From Litorivivens sp. (lineage in GTDB: Bacteria > Pseudomonadota > Gammaproteobacteria > Pseudomonadales > Spongiibacteraceae): DNA of 64,000 nt. The stretch spans positions 1,879-65,878 of the forward strand of contig JBFJTG010000007.1 in the NCBI GenBank assembly GCA_041625575.1, given 5' to 3'. A program made the position numbers and the translations under genes. Under the pieces are notes generated by a model. That model searched no databases. It worked only from the letters and a program-made list of their open reading frames with translations, and was not told the origin of the DNA. This document shows, one piece after another, positions 38,794-47,857 of this stretch (its first letter is position 1; each line of letters begins with the position of its first letter).

Positions 38794-40032
38794 TTAGGCC
38801 ACCCGCTGACTATTTTTACTTGGCAATGTCAACGGAAGTGCCCGCGCCGTTTTCTGCAAACCCTCCTGAAAGAAGGCGTTGCTGCGCTCATACTCGCCCA
38901 AGTAGGCCAGCAGACGCCCCAGCTCGGCACAGACATCGGCGCCCGGTTCAAGCCGATAACTGCTCTCGAAATACTCACGCGCCTTGCCCCACAATTCTTT
39001 GCGCAAACTCAAGCGACCCAGCGCCAGCAACAAAGCCGGGTCGTTATTGCGCTCCTGCAGCCAGTTTTCAGCCACCAGCAATTGCTTGTCTGCATCTGCG
39101 CCGGCAACCAAGCCGTAGGATTCTACCCATTCGCGCCGCCATTCCTTGCGCAACTGTTGATGCAACAGCTCCTCGGCGCGCTGATCCTCACCGCGGGCCA
39201 GTAAGTGCCGCAAATACTGATCGATTATCACAGTATCCTGCTGCAGGTCTCGAGCTAACTTCTTCCACCACGTGGCCAGCTCGCTGCTGTCTGAGGACTG
39301 GCTGGATTCACTCAACTTTGACAGTTGGCCCATGGCAATGCGCCGCCGCAAACCAAGCAGGTCCTCAGCTGAATAGCGTTTTGATTTTTTTAGTTCGGGG
39401 AGCAGCCCTTGTAACTTGTCCCAATCCTTTAGTCCCTCATAAACTTCCTTCAAAAGCCGCAGCACCGAGGGATGTTTTGCGGTATTGCGCTGGGCGCGGG
39501 TGAGACTGGCAAGACTTTCTTCGAGACGCCCGTTTTTAAGCAATAATTCAGCTTGCACCAATTCGATCGCAACGTCAGCACCATCGGTGTCGCTCTCAGC
39601 CTTTGCTAAAAATTCGCGCGCCTTCTCATAGTCACCCAGAGCGTTGCTAGCCTGCGCTGCCGCCAAATAGTTGAGTAAGGGTTGTTCTGTATCGTCGATT
39701 GAGCGGGTAAGCAACTGCTTCGCACGGCTGTAATTGCCCTCAATTAATGCAATCAGGCCCTGCTGGGTATCCTGCACACTGCGGCGATGGCGCCGCTGCA
39801 TCAAAAAGCTCGATAGTCGGCTCGTGCCTCGAAAACCCACCTGATAAGCACGGAGCAGCCAGTGGCCCACCATCAGCAAGGCAAGAAACAGGGCCAAGCC
39901 GATCCAAAAGGAGGTTTCGATAGCGACGTTACCAATAGCCAGCAAAATATAGCCGCGATCATGTTCAACGAGGATGCCCAGGCCCGCCGCCAGCGCCAAC
40001 ACAAGAAGACAAATTAGAAAGTAACGAATCAC
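38794..40032 (-). CDS. hemY: HemY_N/TPR inner-membrane protein HemY
   Basis: Two TM helices with GYILLAIGNVAIETS, GLIALIEGNY, PLLNYLAAAQA, LLLALGRL...WGKAREY TPR repeats. Confidence 0.92.
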   Translation of the reverse strand: MIRYFLICLLVLALAAGLGILVEHDRGYILLAIGNVAIETSFWIGLALFLALLMVGHWLLRAYQVGFRGTSRLSSFLMQRRHRRSVQDTQQGLIALIEGNYSRAKQLLTRSIDDTEQPLLNYLAAAQASNALGDYEKAREFLAKAESDTDGADVAIELVQAELLLKNGRLEESLASLTRAQRNTAKHPSVLRLLKEVYEGLKDWDKLQGLLPELKKSKRYSAEDLLGLRRRIAMGQLSKLSESSQSSDSSELATWWKKLARDLQQDTVIIDQYLRHLLARGEDQRAEELLHQQLRKEWRREWVESYGLVAGADADKQLLVAENWLQERNNDPALLLALGRLSLRKELWGKAREYFESSYRLEPGADVCAELGRLLAYLGEYERSNAFFQEGLQKTARALPLTLPSKNSQRVA

Positions 40033-41240
40033 TTGCTGCCCCCCGCTGCACCGTGGCGGCTATCTATAAAGTGCTGTAAGGCGGCAATACTGGCGCTAAT
40101 GGCAGGAGTCAGCGCGCGCACCGGCTGTTGCTTAAGCTCTGCCAGCTCCTTGAGTACGGCTTGTTCAGCTTCTTCTGCAGCGTAGTACTGACGAAGCCAC
40201 TCTTCGCTTCGAGCCAGTGCCTGGGCGTAAAGGGCTTCGTTGCCACTGTGCAGGGCCCAGCGCGCCTGTTCAAACAAGAGTTGAAGATGCTGCCGGAACA
40301 ATTCGCGCTGGCCACCGGCAATAACCGTTGTCTGGTAGGCGCTGTCACGATCACTAATGCGGATGTAGGACTGCAATTTATCGGCCGCGCGGGCGAAACC
40401 GTATTTGATTAGAGGCCACAAGGTCTCCAGCGTCAATTCTGGCGCAGCCGTCGCCGCCTCAGCGACCGGGCTTGGCCTCAAGGTGCGATCTCCCAACGGA
40501 ACCAGAGCCTGGGCCTGCTCGGCCACGGCCGCAATGCGCTTGTCCAGACCAACGAGGTCAAATTGTCGCGCTTCACTCACTGCCGCAATATCAGCCGCCA
40601 GCACTTCTCGCACACGTTCGATGCCTTTGTCGTGCACCAGCAGAAGGTTGCGCTGCGCCGCTTGCAACAGGGGCCCTGCGTCGCTGCCAGTGCCACCAAG
40701 CTGCAGCCGCTGCTGGGCGAGACGCATCAGGTAGTCGGCTTCAGCCAAAATCCAGTCTTCCCGGCTCAGCTTAACCAAATCCTGAAGACGTTCGTCGAGC
40801 GCCTGCTGGCGTTGCTTCACCCAGGTGATCGACTGCAGCTGCTGGCTCAGGGAGCCCTCAGTAGCGCCTTGAAAAGACTGGATACGCTCAGCCAGGGCCT
40901 TTTGCTCCGCTTCAAAGCCTTCACGCAGAACACTGTCGGCTTGCTGGTAGTTGCCCTGCTGGTCCCGCAAGCGTGTATCCAGCTGCGATTCAAGCTTGGA
41001 CAGGTGTTCAACCCAGGGCTGCCGATCAACCGCAAACTGCTCCAGCCAAAATTGATAGCCCTGCCAACCCGCTGAGGCCGCGGCCAGAAGAAAAGCCAAT
41101 AGCGCAATAAAGAGGGTGAATTTACCGCCGCTTTTCGCGGCTTTTGGCGCCGCTTCGCTGTCGGCAACCGGGGCCTCGTCCTTGGCCGGGCTCACTACAA
41201 CTGCTGCAGTTGATTCGCTGGGTTTATCTGATTGCGCCAT
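40029..41240 (-). CDS. hemX: HemX family membrane protein
   Basis: TM helix, coiled coil, DWILAEADYLMRLAQQRL; hemCDXY synteny. Confidence 0.9.
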   Translation of the reverse strand: MAQSDKPSESTAAVVVSPAKDEAPVADSEAAPKAAKSGGKFTLFIALLAFLLAAASAGWQGYQFWLEQFAVDRQPWVEHLSKLESQLDTRLRDQQGNYQQADSVLREGFEAEQKALAERIQSFQGATEGSLSQQLQSITWVKQRQQALDERLQDLVKLSREDWILAEADYLMRLAQQRLQLGGTGSDAGPLLQAAQRNLLLVHDKGIERVREVLAADIAAVSEARQFDLVGLDKRIAAVAEQAQALVPLGDRTLRPSPVAEAATAAPELTLETLWPLIKYGFARAADKLQSYIRISDRDSAYQTTVIAGGQRELFRQHLQLLFEQARWALHSGNEALYAQALARSEEWLRQYYAAEEAEQAVLKELAELKQQPVRALTPAISASIAALQHFIDSRHGAAGGSK

Positions 41241-41282
41241 TCAATCCCCCTGGCTGTATTAATGCAGCACGCCATGGCTGGT

Positions 41283-42071
41283 TTATGAACCGGCGGTCGC
41301 TGCGATGGTATGCAGGGCTGCGAGAGTCGCTGCCGTGCCGGCATTAATCGCCGTTATGGTCTTAGCATAGCCCAGTTTGCTCGCCAGAACAGCGACCCTT
41401 TCGCTGGGCAGTACCAACGGGCATTGATACAAGTCATGCCTGGCCGGCAGCAGTGCCGACAGATTTTCTAGCGTTTCGCCACTGTTTACGACAAGGGCAT
41501 TGGCCGCGAAATCGTTAATCCGGCTCAGTGTCTGTTCGGCATTGAATTCGGGAGCACAGCGTTTGTAACACTCAATATAATCCACTCGCGCACCGCGTTC
41601 ACGAAGTGTCGCGGCCAAAGTTTCACGGCCACCCACCCCCCTGAATATCGCAATACGCTCGCCGTCTACTGCCTGCAAGGTATCCGAAGCCAATAGGCTT
41701 TCGCTGTCCATGCTGCTGTTGACCGCAGCGACAGCACTCAGGCCCCGCCGCGCCAGCGCCGCTGCGGTCGCTGCGCCAATAGCCAGATGCATCTGCTGCA
41801 CCGGCCACTGGGGCCAGTACTGCTCAACCAGACTGGCACCATGCTGCACCGCGTTGGCACTGATAAAAATGAGCTTTTGATAGCGATCGAGATCGAGAAC
41901 CCGCTCCCGATTGCGCTGAATAGTCTGTGCGTCCTGCTCGGGATCCAGCTCGCGGATGTCGAGCAGGGGAATATGTAAAGTGCTGGCACCTTCCTCGTGC
42001 AGCGCAGCGAGCAGCTCTTCCGCGCGCCCCGTTGGGCGTGTCAACAGAACCCGCAGACCTGTCAGACTCAT
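41283..42071 (-). CDS. hemD: Uroporphyrinogen-III synthase
   Basis: VLLTRP, IFISANAV, AIGAATA, DSESLL, RGVGGRETL, ECYKR, PSERVA. Confidence 0.94.
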   Translation of the reverse strand: MSLTGLRVLLTRPTGRAEELLAALHEEGASTLHIPLLDIRELDPEQDAQTIQRNRERVLDLDRYQKLIFISANAVQHGASLVEQYWPQWPVQQMHLAIGAATAAALARRGLSAVAAVNSSMDSESLLASDTLQAVDGERIAIFRGVGGRETLAATLRERGARVDYIECYKRCAPEFNAEQTLSRINDFAANALVVNSGETLENLSALLPARHDLYQCPLVLPSERVAVLASKLGYAKTITAINAGTAATLAALHTIAATAGS

Positions 42072-42072
42072 A

Positions 42073-43011
42073 TTAGTTAGCTTGGTCGCCATAGACAGCC
42101 GCAAGAATATCGCCCGCGCCCTGGGCAAGCAGCGCCTCGGCTACCGCACAACCCAAAGCTTGCGGCTCACCGGCCGCAGCCCGCGCTTCAGCTTGCAAGA
42201 TAGTCGTCCCATCCGGGCTGCCAACCAAACCGCGCAGCCACAGTGCTTCTCCCTCAAGCAGGGCGTAACCCGCAATGGGTACCTGACAGCCGCCTTGCAA
42301 GCGACGGTTCATGGCACGCTCGGCCTGAACCCGCAGGGAGGTCTGTTTGTGCGCCAACGGCGCCAGTAATGTTTTTAATTCCTCATCGTCGCTGCGCACT
42401 TCCACGCCGACCGCACCCTGACCAACAGCCGGTAGTGACTGTTCCGGCGCTATGTAGGCAGCAATGCGCTCGCTCAACTCTAGCCGCAACAAGCCCGCGG
42501 CAGCCAGAACAATGGCGTCAAATTCACCCTCGTCGAGTTTTCGAAGGCGGGTTTGCACATTACCGCGCAAACTGCGAATCACCAGATCCGGACGCAATGA
42601 GCGCAGCTGGCATTCGCGCCGCAAACTGGAGGTTCCGACCACCGCACCCTGAGGCAGTTCTTCGACGCAGGCAAAGTGATTGCTGACGAACGCATCGCGC
42701 GGATCTTCCCGCTCGCAGATGATCGCAAGCTCCAACCCTTCGGGAAACTCCATCGGCACATCCTTCATCGAATGCACCGCCATATCAGCACGTCCTTCGA
42801 GCATGGCCTGCTCCAGCTCTTTAACAAACAGGGCTTTGCCACCAATTTTTGACAGCGGGGAATCCAGCATCTGGTCACCACGGGTCGTCATGCCCAGCAA
42901 CTCAACCTGAATACCCGGGTGGCAGCGCTCCAGCTCGGCTTTTATAAATTCAGCCTGCCACAGCGCAAGCAGGCTTTCGCGGGTGGCAATTCTGATAGTT
43001 CGTTGTGGCAT
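42073..43011 (-). CDS. hemC: Hydroxymethylbilane synthase
   Basis: [45 protein letters not shown]. Confidence 0.98.
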   Translation of the reverse strand: MPQRTIRIATRESLLALWQAEFIKAELERCHPGIQVELLGMTTRGDQMLDSPLSKIGGKALFVKELEQAMLEGRADMAVHSMKDVPMEFPEGLELAIICEREDPRDAFVSNHFACVEELPQGAVVGTSSLRRECQLRSLRPDLVIRSLRGNVQTRLRKLDEGEFDAIVLAAAGLLRLELSERIAAYIAPEQSLPAVGQGAVGVEVRSDDEELKTLLAPLAHKQTSLRVQAERAMNRRLQGGCQVPIAGYALLEGEALWLRGLVGSPDGTTILQAEARAAAGEPQALGCAVAEALLAQGAGDILAAVYGDQAN

Positions 43012-43076
43012 AGCGGTTTCACTGCTCCGGAGGGCTTCGGGGGGCTTATCATACGGCTCAGGCTAACGACCGCAAG

Positions 43077-43805
43077 TCATGGACTCTGCCGCAGTGCATT
43101 TTTGACGTCCTGCAAATGACGACGACTGATGGCCGGGCGCTCTTGTGTTCCCTGAATAACAGCAACATGGCCGCTGCTAACGCGCTCCAGCCCCTGCAGG
43201 CGCTCAACCGCGATCAGGGTGTTGCGATGGGCGCGCACAAAGCGCTGCGGCCAGCGCCGCTCCAGCTGCGAGAGACTTTCACTGAGCAAGACTTCGCCAC
43301 CACCGTGCACAGCCACCACATATTTTTGCTCGGCACGCAGATATAAAATCTCGTCCAGCGCCAGCCTTTCCACACCCTGATTCCCGCTAATCAGCAAAAA
43401 GGCTTTTTCGCCCGTCGGCCCTTGCAAGTGCGCAAGTTGGGCCTGATTCAAGCTGCTGGCACGACTCACCGCTGCGGCCAGCTTTGTGCGCTCTACCGGC
43501 TTCAGCAGATAAGCTACTGCCGCCGTTTCAAAAGCGGCCAGTGCGTGCTCATCGTAGGCAGTGCAAAAGATCAGGGCCGGAGCCGGATCGGAAAGTGCCA
43601 ATTCACGGGCCGCATCGAGACCGTTCAGCAGCGGCATTTCTATATCCATGAAAATCAGTTCGGGCTTTACCGAAGCAGCCAGATCAATCGCCTCACGGCC
43701 GTTGCCAGCTTCAGCCACCACCTCAATTCCATCGAGTTCGTCGAGCAAGCGACGCAAACGCTTGCGCGCCAATAATTCATCGTCAACCAGCATCACTCTC
43801 AACAT
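43077..43805 (-). CDS. algR: LytTR response regulator AlgR
   Basis: VDDELLARKRL, IFCTAYDEHAL, RAEQKYV, FVRAHRN, ISRRH; fimS-algR-hemC synteny. Confidence 0.9.
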   Translation of the reverse strand: MLRVMLVDDELLARKRLRRLLDELDGIEVVAEAGNGREAIDLAASVKPELIFMDIEMPLLNGLDAARELALSDPAPALIFCTAYDEHALAAFETAAVAYLLKPVERTKLAAAVSRASSLNQAQLAHLQGPTGEKAFLLISGNQGVERLALDEILYLRAEQKYVVAVHGGGEVLLSESLSQLERRWPQRFVRAHRNTLIAVERLQGLERVSSGHVAVIQGTQERPAISRRHLQDVKNALRQSP

Positions 43806-43810
43806 AAGCG

Positions 43811-44884
43811 CTATGCAACCTGAACGGGCATGTTCAGCTCAACCACATAGCGCCGCTCATATTCGCTCATGGTCAACTGCGCCTGTCCGCCATAAATCGC
43901 CTGTAAACGGTGACGCAGGTTAGCGCACGCCAATTGATTACCCGGCGCAGCGGCCTGTGATGCCAGCGGATTACTGAGACTAATATGCAGAAATCCGGCG
44001 CGCACTCTGGCAGTGATCCGGATATCACCGCCTTGCGGCAAATGCTGTATTCCGTGTGTGATGGCGTTTTCGATAAGCGGCTGCAGACTCAAACTTAACA
44101 TCGGCGTCTGCCCCTCAACATTGTCAATTTGCCATTCGACTTGCAGACGGTCACCCAAACGCTCCGCCTCAATTCTCAGGTAGCGCTCACACAAATCGCG
44201 TTCGTCGGCCCAGCAGCTCATCACCTTGCTGTCCTGCAAGCTGGCCCGAAACAGGGCAGACAGATCCTCCACCGCACGCTCGGCCTTGGCACTGTCTTCA
44301 GCCACCAAACTGGCGATCGTATTCAAACTGTTAAACAGAAAATGGGGGCGTATACGCGACTGCAAAGCCTGAATTCTGGCGCCTAATTCACTGTGTTCGC
44401 GCACGCGCAATTTCCAGTCGAGATAGAGGTAGCGCAAACCAATGCCGGCCACTACGGCTGCCACAAAGACATTAATCAGCAATTGCCCGATATTCCAGGG
44501 CGAACGCGCCGCCGCCTCGGGCAAAAGCCATTGGGCTGTCAGAGTAAAGCCTGCGACGAGGGCCAAGACTAGAAGGTATATCGACAGACCGGCCAATGGC
44601 AGGGGCAGGCGAGTCAGCCCTGAGCGCAGTGGACACAGTACCGCCGCACAGCTTAAAAAACTCAACATGCAAAACAGGGATAACAGCGAAAAATATTCCC
44701 AGTCGATGGGGTAGAGTCCGCGCTGCAGGGCAAGAATCAAGAGAGCCAGCAATTCCGCCAGGACCACCAGCACCAACAAAGCTTGCGCTGAACACAGGTC
44801 CGGCAGGAAAAAAGCCCTCTCCGCCGGCACGGCGGAGCGCTCTTCACCAACACTATCACTCTGGACTTTAGAATTCTGGGACAA
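43811..44884 (-). CDS. fimS: LytS-type sensor kinase FimS/AlgZ
   Basis: FFLPDLC, multiple TM helices, ALQSRIRPHFLFNSLN, LQPLIENAITHG. Confidence 0.9.
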   Translation of the reverse strand: MSQNSKVQSDSVGEERSAVPAERAFFLPDLCSAQALLVLVVLAELLALLILALQRGLYPIDWEYFSLLSLFCMLSFLSCAAVLCPLRSGLTRLPLPLAGLSIYLLVLALVAGFTLTAQWLLPEAAARSPWNIGQLLINVFVAAVVAGIGLRYLYLDWKLRVREHSELGARIQALQSRIRPHFLFNSLNTIASLVAEDSAKAERAVEDLSALFRASLQDSKVMSCWADERDLCERYLRIEAERLGDRLQVEWQIDNVEGQTPMLSLSLQPLIENAITHGIQHLPQGGDIRITARVRAGFLHISLSNPLASQAAAPGNQLACANLRHRLQAIYGGQAQLTMSEYERRYVVELNMPVQVA

Positions 44885-45196
44885 GGGTTTACCTGCTAAT
44901 TACCAGCAAGTCTTATCATAGCAGCACCAGCCTGATCGGCCAGTGCTGCGGCGCTATCTTTCACTGCGTCGAAATACCGGGGCAGTATCGAGCAAGCCCG
45001 CAAGTGACAATCAGTCGCCGGCATGCTCTGCTACAACGGTGAGAGTAGCTGCCTTTCCACTCACTGACAGCATGCAAATCTACTGTTCTTGCGCAGCGAT
45101 GGGAAATTTCGGCCACAGCTGACACCCGCGCAGCGTAATTGCAGACAAGTTGCTATAATGCCCGACTATTTTTTGACACAAAGACAGACTGCGCTT

Positions 45197-46597
45197 ATGA
45201 CCGACAAAAATTCCGATATCAAACCCTGGGGCGGCCGCTTTACAGAACCCACAGACCAGTTTGTGGAGCGCTTCACCGCCTCGGTCGGTTTCGACCAGCG
45301 CCTCTATCACCACGACATCAACGGTTCGCTCGCGCATGCCAAAATGTTGAGCGCCGTCGGCGTACTCACAACAGACGAGTACACCCTGATAGCGGAGGGC
45401 CTCGAAGCCATTCGCAAGGAAATCGAACGCAGCGAGTTCGTCTGGTCGGTAAGTCTTGAAGATGTCCACATGAATATCGAAGCGAGACTGACCGAACGCA
45501 TCGGCATCACCGGCAAAAAGCTGCACACCGGTCGCTCTCGCAATGATCAAGTCGCCACCGACATTCGTCTCTATGTGCGCGATGAAATAGATTCACTCGC
45601 ATTAGAAATCACTCGCCTGCAACAGGGACTGTGCGATCTGGCCGAGCGCGAAGCCGACACCATCATGCCCGGCTTCACCCACCTGCAAACCGCCCAGCCG
45701 GTCAGCTTCGGTCATCACCTGCTGGCATGGAATGCCATGCTGGAGCGCGACTACAGCCGCCTGATGGATTGCCGCAAACGCATGAACCAGTGCCCGTTGG
45801 GCGCCGCCGCGCTCGCCGGCACCACCTATCCTATTGATAGGGAAATGACTGCCCGCTTGCTGGGCTTTGATCGCCCGACGGAGAACTCGCTGGACTCCGT
45901 TAGCGATCGCGATTTCGCGATCGAATTTACCGCCTGTGCCAGCCTGATCATGACCCACCTCTCACGCTTTAGCGAAGAACTGGTGCTATGGACTTCCGCG
46001 CAATTTAACTTTATCGATTTACCGGACCGTTTTTGCACGGGTTCGAGCATCATGCCGCAAAAGAAAAACCCCGACGTGCCGGAACTCGTGCGCGGCAAAA
46101 GCGGCCGCGTTACCGGCCACCTGATGAGCCTGCTTATGTTGATGAAGTCACAGCCGCTGGCCTACAACAAAGACAATCAAGAGGACAAGGAGCCGCTGTT
46201 TGATACTATCGACACCCTGCGCGACTGCCTGAAATCCTACGCCGACATGGTGCCCGCCATTACCGCGAAAGCGGAAGTCATGCGCGAAGCCGCCATGCGC
46301 GGCTTCGCAACCGCAACGGACCTGGCCGACTATTTGGTGCGCAAGGGCGTGGCCTTTCGCGATGCCCATGAAATTGTCGGCAAATCGGTCGCCTACGGCA
46401 TAGAAAGTGGCAAAGATCTTTCGGAGATGAGTCTGGACGAGCTCCGCCAATTTTCCGATGTTATCTCTCAAGATGTATTTGACGTCCTCACTTTGGAAGG
46501 CTCGGTCAATGCTCGTAATCACATTGGCGGCACGGCACCGGCCCAAGTTCGGGCAAGCGTCAAACGCTGCCGCGAGCTTTTACAGCAGAGAAACTAA
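45197..46597 (+). CDS. argH: Argininosuccinate lyase
   Basis: [35 protein letters not shown]; extended -10 TGCTATAAT at 45151-45159. Confidence 0.98.
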   Translation: MTDKNSDIKPWGGRFTEPTDQFVERFTASVGFDQRLYHHDINGSLAHAKMLSAVGVLTTDEYTLIAEGLEAIRKEIERSEFVWSVSLEDVHMNIEARLTERIGITGKKLHTGRSRNDQVATDIRLYVRDEIDSLALEITRLQQGLCDLAEREADTIMPGFTHLQTAQPVSFGHHLLAWNAMLERDYSRLMDCRKRMNQCPLGAAALAGTTYPIDREMTARLLGFDRPTENSLDSVSDRDFAIEFTACASLIMTHLSRFSEELVLWTSAQFNFIDLPDRFCTGSSIMPQKKNPDVPELVRGKSGRVTGHLMSLLMLMKSQPLAYNKDNQEDKEPLFDTIDTLRDCLKSYADMVPAITAKAEVMREAAMRGFATATDLADYLVRKGVAFRDAHEIVGKSVAYGIESGKDLSEMSLDELRQFSDVISQDVFDVLTLEGSVNARNHIGGTAPAQVRASVKRCRELLQQRN

Positions 46598-46607
46598 CAC
46601 CCCCCAA

Positions 46608-46633
46608 GGCCGTCAGCTAAGGTGCTGACGGCC
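46608..46633 (+). terminator. 10-bp stem hairpin after argH (terminator or 3' stabiliser)
   Basis: GGCCGTCAGC-TAAGGT-GCTGACGGCC; no clear U-tract. Confidence 0.45.
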
Positions 46634-46779
46634 AGATTAGCGCGACAATCTAGCCGGTATAGCAATACAGTCGACTGAACAGACGATTCGGAATTTCAAT
46701 AGAAATGATTGCTGCGGGCCTTTGATCCCCCTACAGTCGAACAAATCAAAATTACGTGCATTCACAGTTGGGGATGGCG

Positions 46780-47856
46780 ATGCGATTTCTTGTCAGTGTG
46801 CTGCTTATTACTATTGCAGCTACATTTGCGTATCAATATTTCGGCCACGACGACGCTGTCGGCAATCGGGCAATGACGGCGGTAACCGTAGACGCTTATA
46901 TCGCTGCGCGGCATCCGTTCGCCGACCGGGTGGAAGCTCTGGGCACCTTGCGAGGTAATGAGTCGATTACCCTTAGCGCCAACGCCTCCGACACCATTAG
47001 CAGCATTCATTTTCAGGAAGGCCAACGCGTTAGCGCCGGTCAACTGCTCGTAACTCTGGAAATGAAAGAGGAGCAAGCTCAGCTATCCGGGGCTCGCGCA
47101 GAACTCGCCGAGCAGCAGCGCGAAGTTAAACGTCTTGAAGGCCTGGTAAAAACTTTTTCGGCGGCACAAACCGAACTCGATCAACGCCGCACTGCCCTGC
47201 AAAAAGCCCAATACAAAATTGAAGAGCTGGAAGCACGCATCGCCGACCGCCGGGTAATCGCGCCCTTTGCAGGAGTACTCGGCTTACGCCTTGTTAGCCC
47301 CGGTGCCCTCCTCAACCCCGGCACGCCGATTACCACACTCGATGACATCGACACCCTCAAGCTGGACTTCAGCGTGCCTGCGGCAATCATTGGCTCACTT
47401 AACTCCGGCCTCGAATTACGCGCCAGCACCGCTGCTTACGATCGCGAGTTTACGGGCAACGTCACCGTCATCGACAGCCGGGTAAATGCCATAGACCGCT
47501 CTGTTCGCGCCCGCGCCCGATTTGACAACAGCGAGGGCCTATTAAAGCCCGGCATGTTGATGACCATCGAGTTATTGCGCAACCCGCGCCAAGCGCTGTT
47601 GATTCCCGAAGCAGCCCTGCTAAGTCGCGACCAACAACACAGCATTTGGATAATCGGCGCAGACAATAAACTGCAACGCCGCATTATCGAAATTGGCAGT
47701 CGCCAGCCGGGCTGGGTTGAAGTCTTGTCGGGCTTGCAGGAAGGCGAAGTACTCGTGCGCGCCAATTTCCCGCGCCTGCGCGAAGGCCTAGAAATCAGCG
47801 TAGCGCAAAGCCCCCCGAGCAAGAACACCGCGTCACGACAACAGGACGCCCAGTAA
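46780..47856 (+). CDS. RND efflux periplasmic adaptor (MFP)
   Basis: GTLRGNES, FQEGQRV, coiled-coil hairpin, IAPFAG, LKPGM, GLQEGE. Confidence 0.93.
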   Translation: MRFLVSVLLITIAATFAYQYFGHDDAVGNRAMTAVTVDAYIAARHPFADRVEALGTLRGNESITLSANASDTISSIHFQEGQRVSAGQLLVTLEMKEEQAQLSGARAELAEQQREVKRLEGLVKTFSAAQTELDQRRTALQKAQYKIEELEARIADRRVIAPFAGVLGLRLVSPGALLNPGTPITTLDDIDTLKLDFSVPAAIIGSLNSGLELRASTAAYDREFTGNVTVIDSRVNAIDRSVRARARFDNSEGLLKPGMLMTIELLRNPRQALLIPEAALLSRDQQHSIWIIGADNKLQRRIIEIGSRQPGWVEVLSGLQEGEVLVRANFPRLREGLEISVAQSPPSKNTASRQQDAQ

Positions 47857-47857
47857 T

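Noticed and set aside
38730-39503. 257-aa plus-strand ORF
   Set aside because: Antisense to hemY, with Pro/Arg/Ala-rich off-frame composition
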